Assembly (NCBI GenBank): GCA_030141605.1
Contig: JAQGDQ010000126.1
Coordinates: 496,001-560,000, forward strand
Origin: Tubiluchus corallicola
Lineage: Eukaryota; Animalia; Priapulida
Direction: 5' to 3'
DNA: 64,000 nt
The notes beneath the pieces are model-generated. The model saw nothing but the letters and a program-made list of their open reading frames with translations, had not been told where the DNA came from and did no database searches. Of the stretch, positions 12,585 to 64,000 are shown in pieces (the first letter of the stretch is position 1; the number at the start of each line of letters is the position of its first letter). The position numbers and the translations under genes are program-made.

Positions 12585-14837
12585 CTCGCTTTCTCCTTTC
12601 TCTGTCATTCTCTCTTACTGCGACTCGATAAGTTCAAACGTCAAATATAGATATCAAGATATTTACTTCCTAAAACGCCTTTAAATGGTGAAAACCAGCG
12701 TTTGCAAACGCACGTAAGCCGTTACTTTGAATGTCTACCTATTTTTCTGAATCAAACTCATTATACGACTTAGGACAGTGCACTTACGTTGTTTTAGTGA
12801 TTGCAAACTCATTAATTTATGACTAAAAACACGCAGGAAAAATTAAGCAAAGTCTTTGTGGCTAGGTGACATTAAAAAGCAGGACAATACGCTGAAATTT
12901 CTATTTCAAGGATTTCATTAGTCAATGCTTGGAACATCAAGGACTTCTGGAGAATATTAATTAGGAAATGTTATTATTATTTTAAAACTCGTTCCCTCCA
13001 AGTATCTTGTTCTAGTTTCCCGGATTTTCGGTCGAGCAGAAAATGATTAGACCGAAGCCGAGGCATACAATGACCGTTGATAATTTGAGTACATATTAAT
13101 CGATGTACACTTAATTAGGGTTAAACGAAACTTGTCCGCAATTCGTATCAAGGACGTGCCTAGTCAATCACCTAATAAATGACATGGATGACCATTTACT
13201 GCCACATTTTTAGATCTGGCATAAAGGAATCCCTGGTTCTTTCACATGTTGTTGTTGATGTTGATGTTATTGTTGTCACATTTATCTTTGAAAACTGAAA
13301 ATTGAAAACATGATGATGATGACGATAAATCTTTATTAGCCTCTTTTTGCAGGCAAACATTTCTGGACACACATTATACAATTTTGCATAGATAAAATGA
13401 ATTCTACAATATTACAAGTTGCGCATTCTGGAAAAATCAAATCAAACATTTATTTTTCATCCCAATAAACATAATAGAAAATAAGTATAAATTTAAAAAA
13501 AACAAAAAGGAAGGTGTAGCGAAAAACATCAACTATCGAATCAGTCACCCCAAGCTGAGTATTAAATTATGTATGTATGTATATATATATATATATACAA
13601 AAATTAAAATGAGTGCTAAAATCAACGTTGTTAATTAAGCAAGTTTCCTGCCTACTAACATAAAAATGCAGGTAAATTAATATACTAAATAATAAAATCA
13701 CCAATGCAACATTTAAGACCGCAAAGAGTTACAATATCAATACTACACAAATTTAAGCCCCATTTTACTTAAATTTAGCAGCAAGATCTTAAAATAAAAG
13801 TGTTTTTTGCAAAGTAAGTTAGACTGGCAGTAAATTTACATTTACAAAATTTAAGTTGTCATTTCCCAATTCGTTTAATAATGCATAATGCCTGTTGGCA
13901 TCAGCATATCAAATACTACAATCGGACTAAACTATCAATTGGCTACAGTTTTCATCATAGAAGGCTGAAATTGCGCATAATGATCGTTTTCACCGTTGAA
14001 CAGATCGTAACGGAGCCCAATTTTTCATTTTCCAAACGTGGCCCTCAAATTGTTCACGACGGATGACGTTAAATTGATCTCGACTGTTAAATGGATCCGC
14101 CCCGTTCATTGGTACGTTGCTGAATTATGGACCTGCCCAATTACCGTTGTCATGTAATTCAGCTTACCCAACACTGGTGGCAATTTCTTTCACAAAACGG
14201 AAGTCTTGCCGCAAATACTACTGGTATATAAAATGGTAACTTTTGGCTTTAGATGACGATACGTAAAACACGTAAGTAGTAGCAGCAGTAGCAGTAGCAA
14301 CGTTTATTCTCTAAATTTCGTGTAATTGCCAGTTTTAATAATTACATAATAATTTTTACGCTTTCAGAAATACAATTGGAGCATTTTTTACTATTTCGTG
14401 ACGTATACGGCGTGAAATCTGAACACTATAACAATTTTTACAAAATTTAATAATGAATGTAATTACAGGCACCTAATGAACTATTTTTCCATATTATAAA
14501 TCGCACTGCTCGTTTATGTTTAAAAATACACCCGAGTACAAAGCAAACATTCTGTGAATTTGTTTATATCATCAAAATTACCAATTAAATCTCGAGAGTT
14601 ACAATTCTCAACATTACATAATTTACGTGCCAATCCTAAATTGGTAACACGGGTTTACATAACTCACACAATCTATCTTCTCCAGGTTTATGTTGCCAAT
14701 GACCTTTTTCGATAGCTAAATCGTGAGATATTATTCGCAAACTTACAATATTTTTATAAGCATCAGTAAACAATTTTCTCTCACCATAAAACCCTGACAG
14801 TAAATCTGGATTAATATTTACATAGTAGACGTATTTT

Positions 14838-15157
14838 GTCTTTCCTCGAGAAGCCCGTAAATGTACGCAATTCTTTTAATCTTCTTTTCCCATTAGGTGT
14901 AATTCCGGTGTATTAGGTGTAATTCTGACTTATCGACAAGAGATTTATAATAGATTACATATTTACAGTTGTTCTGAGATAGGCAACATAAGATTCAGTC
15001 TTTCCTCGAGAAGCCCGTAAATGTACGCAATTCTTTTAATCTTCTTTTCCCATTAGGTGTAATTCCGGTGTATTAGGTGTAATTCTGACTTATCGACAAG
15101 AGATTTATAATAGATTACATATTTACAGTTGTTCTGAGATAGGCAACATAAGATTCA
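14838..15157. repeat. Perfect 160-bp tandem duplication (14838-14997 = 14998-15157)
   Basis: Compared base by base; no mismatch seen. Confidence 0.95.
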
Positions 15158-15195
15158 CCCTTTCAGCACATCCTCACTAATCCGTTTCATGATAC

Positions 15196-17193
15196 TGTTG
15201 CGCGGGCGGCCAAGAGATCCAGGGTTTAACACTGGATCAGTCAAACAATGTTGCAGACAAATATTGTAGATAACAGGGCTATAAAACTTGACAAACTATA
15301 AAAATGTCCTATAATTCCTATAAAATCATGAATTCTCAATGAAATGAGAATGTTATTGGTATTTTTCGCATAACCACAATTAAATATTGTAAGTACATAT
15401 CTTCATGATTTGGGCATTTTAGTGAATGTAAATAACAGATGTCTGTCGCGAAAGAGCGTACCCAGAAGTGTATAAGCCGCTCAATGACAATACCAACTTC
15501 AACCAAAGATTGCTCTCCTGTTACAGGTAGGAAAAATCATTTACTTTTGCAAAGAAATTGTGAAAATCGCTGTACTGTGAGGTTAGAAAACTTTCGTTTT
15601 TAAGGAAAAATGTCCTATAATTTATATATTTTTTCAAAAAATGTCCTATATTTTTTTAGAATAATGTCCTATATTTTTGAAAAGTAGAGTACGAGCTGTG
15701 AGATAAGAAAATAGAAAAGAAATGTACAAATTCAAACAGAAACACAATGTAGAGGGGGGTCGAAAATAAATGGTATTTCGCCACCGTAACACTGCCCTCC
15801 TGTACAGAATGAAGCACACAAGAGAAAAAATATTTTTTTTGAAAAGTAAATTTGCAAAAATGTCAAATTAGAACACAATTTCTGTTGCACAACGCCTAAA
15901 ATGTTTTTGCCAAGAAACAAACAGACTAAGCAGCATAACGAAATTTTAACTTACAAGTTGTTAAAATGTAAAAATTTTGCTGCAAAAGGAATTAAAATGA
16001 AAAGAAATGACTGAAATCAAAAGTAGTTAAGGCTCGGAGAGCTGGATCTGTCCGGGCCGGATTCAGGCTTCAGCAAACATGGTTCATCCTCATCATAAGG
16101 TGCAATGTTGTGTAGAAAATGAACGTCTGGAGTGTGTCCATGGTTACGTTCAATTCAGTAACGTCCTTATATTCCAAAAATGCTCAAGCAGTTGTTCAGC
16201 CTACGTAAGGGCTGTTCCAGTCCTACGTGTAAGTCCGTTGTCCCACTTCCTAGATGGCTGTTGGTTAGCTCTGCGTATTCCACTTGTACTGCTCGTATCC
16301 GTATTTAGGTCGCAATTTGATGGCCCGTTCCGCAATAATACAGGTTCTGCAGGAACCCGAGTCTGCAGATTCTGCTTCGTATTGGTACCACCGAAAGTTG
16401 GACGTACGACTCGTTGGGCTGGTTACAGCGTCCTCACTCTGATACTGTCATCAGTGCCTGTTGAACTAGTTCTTGGTGAGACTCTGTCCACGCAACAACA
16501 TAGCTGCTATACCCAAACTTAAATTAACACAATTAAAATAGTAGTCCAGGAAAGTGCTGCTAAACCAAAACAAATTACACAAAATCTTTGAACTGACAGC
16601 TTCCATCATAGTAAAACCAACACTACTATTTACAGAAGAAATGTTGTTCCTTCGCTGGCGGGGATTCCATTCCGCGCGAAGTCACAAGCAAACTGTACCC
16701 CTTCATAACTTACAGAGCCACACAAGAGCAAGTGCTGTATAACCACTGACATTAGAGTACTTGCTGCTCTGCTAGCAAAAGCATGCTGAACTCAAAAAAA
16801 GCAAAGGTCCTTTGCTGCTCGGTGTTAAAATGTCAGGATCAATTCCAGTAGAAGAACTCGTCCAGACGGATCCCACTTCTGACACCAGTATTGCGGAGGC
16901 GGTCAAGAAGCCCAGTGTTCAGATCTGGATCGCCCAAACCTGGTTGCAAACAAATATTGCAGATGAAAAAATTGACAAGAAATATAAAAATCAAGTAGAA
17001 AATTAAGGTAAAAGCTAGCCAGACTCTTTCCATGTGTTCCTCATGCTGATCATATGACTACGAAACAGGTGCTTAGGTGGTAAACGTATCTGTCCTTCTA
17101 TCGACTAAACCGACGAGGCCATTCCATAATGGATATCGAATCATCACAATGTAGAGGGGTGTCTAATATAAATGGTATTTCGCCCACGTAACA
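15196..17193 (-). mobile_element. Non-autonomous or internally deleted Gypsy-type LTR element: 5' LTR 17193-16889, PBS 16887-16870, PPT next to 15792, 3' LTR 15791-15196
   Basis: Two diverged direct repeats with T(G/A)TTGCG...CGTAACA ends; 4-bp TSD ATAC (15192-15195, 17194-17197); minus-strand TGGTGTCAGAAGTGGGAT (tRNA-Leu-type PBS) 1 nt after the 5' LTR; purine-rich AGGAGGGCAG before the 3' LTR. Confidence 0.9.
15274..15700. mobile_element. MITE (CAGGG-type terminus) inserted in the LTR, 6-bp TSD AGATAA
   Basis: AGATAA at 15268-15273 and 15701-15706; removing the insert restores alignment to the other LTR copies; internal AATGTCCTATA repeats. Confidence 0.8.
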
Positions 17194-18899
17194 ATACTAT
17201 TCCAAAAATCAATTTGCCTTTGTTCAATTAAGAAATCTAATGAGGGCATACAATAATTAAACAGTACTATATCAATAGTGACTGTCCATCTGACCTCAAC
17301 CATACTTTTTACCATTTTCATATACTCTGTTTTTAACAGATTACAGCGTTCTCTCCCCCATGTTTCACAGTTATACAATAATGTGCTGGTTACACAGGCA
17401 AAAAACACACGTTTCCTTGTACACAAGAGTCTGTAAAGTTTTTCACGTAAAAGTTGTAAAACTTAGCGCAATTATACCACTTTGATTTAAATTCTTCCAG
17501 AATATCTTATTTTAAAGATAAGTTATCGTATATTCTTGAAGTAACGAAATGCTTATGCCTTATAGTACCGGTACGTAGCAGTAATGGATCATATTCAGTC
17601 TCATCAGTAGGGTTAAAAAACTAAAGGTGACACATAGTAGGTTGCAACAATATTTTGTTTAGATCACAATGATTTTCAACAGATTGTAACTTTTGTATTA
17701 ACTTAGCCCTTGATGTAGCAATAACAATGGCATTGTCAGCATGAATTAAGATATGAATCATATGAATAATATACTCAGGATCAAACGTATTACGAAATAA
17801 AACTGTCAGGTCATTTATGTATGCGATAAACAACATTGGGGAGCTTGGGGGGCCCTGTCGAATTCCAGCATTTGACTCAAATGGGCCTAATGCTATATTA
17901 TCAAAAAAGACAATATTTTCTGTATAGCAATTAATGCACAAGAACATAGCACCAATTCCAAGTTAATAAGTGTCATAAAAAAATATCTGCCTTGCAACTC
18001 GATCGACTGCTGCGCTATAATCAAGGAAAGGAACAAATAAAGTGATTTTAGCTCGTTTAGCCAGTGTAATTAAGATTCTTAAAGTTAATACATGTTCCGC
18101 ACAGCTGCGACCGGGTTGAAAGGCAGATTGCTTATAACACGGCTTAAACCACAATTTAAATCTTTCACACAGAATAATATCATACAATTTAGCTAAAAGT
18201 CTCATTAATAAAATTCCATGGTAATTACCAGCATCATAAACATCACATTTTTAAACAATGATTCTATAACAACTCTACACCAATCAGCAGGGTAAGGCGC
18301 ATACGAAAAACAGGTTTGCGAACGCGCGTGTTGTGGGTGACTTCAAGTAATGAAAATTGAAGAATGCACATGACTGTGGAGCAATTTTTTGTTTGAAAAC
18401 TATAGCTTTCAGATTTTTTTCGAATCTCGTGAGAGTCATGATGATGATGATGATGATGATGTGATTGCGATGACGACGATGACGATGATAGCAACTATGC
18501 TGACATGTTAAAACGTCAATGTTTATCATGTCATCTCAGCGTCAAGTACATTCTGTTATTCTGCATGCGCAGCTTGGTGCGTGCTATTCTTGGCGCAGGT
18601 ATATTGCGTCTGATAAGACATTGCGGCTACTGAAACTGATTTATTACTGCATCTATGCAGAAGATAATAAATCGTCACCGCTAGTATATTGTTGAGAAAG
18701 TGATGCGTAAAGACGCGGTAAGCTCTCATATTGCAATGACACGTTACTCCTTTTAGACTTAGCGTTCTTTTTTCAAGCAAATAAATACCACTCCTTGTTA
18801 GATTAAATTGATTTACTTGAAACAAGATTTCGTTGGCTTCTGAAAAACATTGCAGTTTTGCGCCTGGGATGTACAGAAAGAAATCCTAACTTTGCCGTT

Positions 18900-64000
<45,101 letters not shown>

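Larger units (their letters stand above)
14520..18265 (-). mobile_element. Decayed non-LTR retrotransposon (RT plus C-terminal Cys/His region; clade unresolved), split by an LTR element at 15196-17193
   Basis: Minus-strand fragments in order: LFK..DAGNYHGILLMRLLAKLYD, QSAFQPGRSCAEHVLTL, FLDYSAAVDRV, GIRQGPPSSPMLFIAYINDL, LIHADNAIV, LLYNCETW, DFWNSI/MKRISED, LRIISHDLAIEKGHW...RLCELC. Confidence 0.85.

Noticed and set aside
16079-16522. Longest ORF in the track (147 aa)
   Set aside because: Antisense to the interior of the LTR element, with no recognisable motif or splice context.

Overview
AT-rich, repeat-dense DNA from an animal (probably an invertebrate; taxon not determinable from this window). 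The main feature is a large + strand, intron-rich gene for a DUR3-like urea transporter (SSS/SLC5 fold). I reconstructed 13 coding exons with GT-AG boundaries and consistent phases from 18900 to the window end (708 codons; the gene continues past 64000). Unlike plant/fungal DUR3 as I recall them, it has a signal-peptide-like N-terminus and a Cys7-His insert with RING-like spacing in a predicted cytoplasmic loop. Upstream (about 1.5-7.4 kb) is a candidate orphan gene or pseudogene with a hydrophobic N-terminus and 10-aa Asp/Glu/Ser repeats, disrupted by frameshifts and a stop. The rest is decayed mobile DNA: several LINE fragments, a non-autonomous LTR element with tRNA-Leu PBS nested in a LINE, its solo LTR, a Gypsy integrase remnant, Penelope-like remnants, a tRNA-derived SINE, MITEs, HINE-like elements and many microsatellites. 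Most ORFs in the supplied track are spurious. No CRISPR array, rRNA or intact tRNA gene was seen. All family assignments are from motif recognition by eye, not database searches.
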